Origin: Mytilus californianus
Taxonomy: Eukaryota
Assembly: GCF_021869535.1 (NCBI RefSeq)
Contig: NW_026262604.1
Location: forward strand, 43,090,001-43,154,000
Direction of reading: 5' to 3'
DNA length: 64,000 nucleotides
Position 1 is the first letter of the stretch. The number at the start of each line of letters is the position of its first letter. The position numbers were made by a program, and so were the translations under genes. Below the pieces are notes generated by a model. That model saw only the letters and a program-made list of their open reading frames with translations. It was not told the DNA's origin and made no database searches. Shown in pieces: positions 61,401-64,000 of the stretch.

Positions 61401-64000
61401 TGTACATATGATTTAATATAAACATAATATTTGGTTTGATTTTGATTTACTGATAACAAAATCAATAATAGTTTTAAATTATTAGATCGATTTTGAAAAA
61501 TGTTAAAATGACATGTGAATGTATAACAACGAAATGTGTTACAGAAAATGTGTACATAATACATTAACTTGTACATTAACTTGTATAAAACTGACACATA
61601 TTTTTAGTGTAAGAGTAATGTAGCAAAAAGTGTACATTGTGTAAGTACCAACATAAATTATCAGCTCCTAGTGTGACATCCAAAGAGACCGCACATTAGT
61701 CACAAAAAACTTCAAAATATATTGATATCGTTCATCTTGAGATCTGATTATGTAATAACCACAATCAGAAAAGCTTAGGACATACTAGCATACCATACTA
61801 GTATACCGGTGGTGTACATTATATTACAATACCTGTACTGCAGATTGATATAGGTGAGTCAAAAGGCAGATGAATTTTCCAAATAGAATTAGTTGTGGAT
61901 TTCACTCCTTTTTTTCAAAACGTATTCAAAACTTGCAATCAAGTGATTTCAATATCGTTTTTAATTTAAATTGTATAATTATAAAACGTAGTCAACTATT
62001 TTTGTACCCCAAACATTCCAGTATCAATCATTGGAAGAACAAAATGTTAAATAAAAAGACGTAACATATAAATAAAGTCAAAACAGTTAAACCCAGCGTA
62101 TTTATCGATAAAGAAATAGATGTAAAACTGTATTATTCAATAATTCGAAATAAGCGAATTTTTACGGTGGCTGAATAAAAACTTTACCCGACCATTACTA
62201 ATTGCCGCTCCTTTAAGTCTCACATGAACATGTATATGTACGACTATACAGCTGTCCGATATCCCGGAGCAAGTAAGAGTCATCATCGCGCAAGTAACAG
62301 CCGCAATGCAATTGTCCGAATGGCAAGTAAAAACTAAAAGTTAAAACGCTAAAAAATACTAAATCTAGTCTTTATTGATTCTCTTTCTATTTCTAACTAT
62401 AGACATGCTAAAATATAGGCTAATAGTACGATATAGTTATGACTCATTCTTTGATAAACATCTATTTTAGTTATAATGATTAATATTAACAATTCTAAAT
62501 ATCGTCAATTTTAAAAACCTTGAACATAAGTGAAATAAAAGAAGTTTACAATATATATAAATACTTTAAACCTTGATAATTATTTGTGAGCTTTCTTAAC
62601 TTTCAGCAGTATTACATTGCAGGAACGGGTTTCTGTGGGTAAACAGTATACGAAAGCAACATCAGCATCGAAACCAGATTAAGCACAGGGGCCCAGGAAA
62701 TTGTGTTGTTATTCTTCCAGTGTTTTCATTGGATAGAAAGAAAATAACGTTCTCAAAACATCTTTCCCGAGCCCTTGTTATTTTAGGAGGCAAGACATCT
62801 TTATCCGGTGGAGTTTTTTCGGCGAAGTGCAGAAAAAAACGAAAAGCTAACAATGATGAAACAAGAAAAAATAAAATGTAAAAAAAAGAGAATGAGATTT
62901 ATTGAACCCTGGAAACACACATTTAGAGTATCGGAGATGGTGTACATTGGATAATTTGTATATAACTAATGTACAGGACAAACAAATAAGTCCTCAAAAA
63001 TTAGACAACAAAAAAACAAAAAAAGAAAAATACAAAATTATATGTTATGACTTAAACCATATATATTTTGGCTTGAGTTTGCTACAAGGTCACTGGTAAA
63101 CGTGTGTGGTTCAATTGCCTTGGTACAGCACTTCCGGTAATCCACTACATTTCTTTCCTTTTTAGTTGCATTTACCTGAATTTATGTCTATAAATGGCAT
63201 TTTAAAATGTCTTTAGAAAGTGCAAAATTTGGACAAGTGGTTACTCTTTCGTACAAGTTATACATTAGGCTGATTTGCCCGAAGGGCAAGTTGTTAAAAA
63301 AGTAAATGTCGATTCCTGTCCAGTATAGGAATATAACTTTATCACGAAGAGTTAGGAAAAAGTATGATTTTCTGCAAAAGCTAATGTAAACACGGGTAAT
63401 TTACGTAGAAAGGATACTTAAAAAGTACATCTGTAGTCAGGTGGTTTTCTGGGTTTTGTAGAAACACAAATAAACACTTCTCAAGTTTTGGATTCGTTTT
63501 TTATTACGACGTGGAAAATAATTGGTAACAAAAAAGACCCTGTAATGAAATATAAAATTATAAACAACGATTCAAGAATAATAGCATGAGTACAATGATA
63601 ACTCAATAAATTTCCAATTAAAATAAATTATACAAGTTCTAAACCTTTTCTCTATTTCATTATTCTAACAAAATATGTTAATGTAATCTAATTGAATTAA
63701 ATCGCTTATTGATTTTACAAACTATTCAATTATTTAATACTGTCTTGAAAATATAATTACATGCAAAACTAGATTCTACACGAAACAAACTAAATGTCTA
63801 ATGTTAAGCAAAAGCAAAGCAATTAAAAAATAAGCATAAGCAACAAAATAATAAGCATTGATAGCAAAAACATATAAAACCAAACTCAATGCTTACCTCA
63901 CACTTAGATGCAAAGGTCAAAACAATAGGATCAAATCAAACATGACTCATCAAAACATGTTAACACCTGAATATAAAATAAAGATTATAACTATTGTGCC

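Noticed and set aside
62660-62860. GC-richer 63-aa minus-strand ORF
   Set aside because: No clear acceptor or domain similarity; cannot be supported as an exon.

Overview
AT-rich, repeat-dense animal genomic DNA. The repeat and gene families suggest a bivalve mollusc, probably Mytilus-like (inference). I could build two intact multi-exon genes by hand, both on the minus strand with GT-AG introns and matching phases. (1) A secreted perlucin-like C-type lectin with EPN/WND motifs (7942->1575, about 198 aa). (2) A gene of at least 556 aa (26452->16911) joining a B-box and coiled coil to a Src-derived, predicted catalytically dead kinase domain that ends in an ITAM-like two-tyrosine tail. Between them is an intronless, decayed, prokaryote-type UDP-galactopyranose mutase (glf) pseudogene (12747-13470), a candidate horizontal acquisition. 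The rest is mostly mobile DNA: Penelope-like (Naiad-type) RT copies, tRNA-derived SINEs with TSDs, MITEs and a CACTA-ended element. It also holds a near full-length CR1/L2-group LINE nested three levels deep, a Tx1/L1 remnant split by a Helentron-like element, and a Ngaro-type YR retrotransposon carrying an SGNH hydrolase. All calls come from manual reading; no searches were run.
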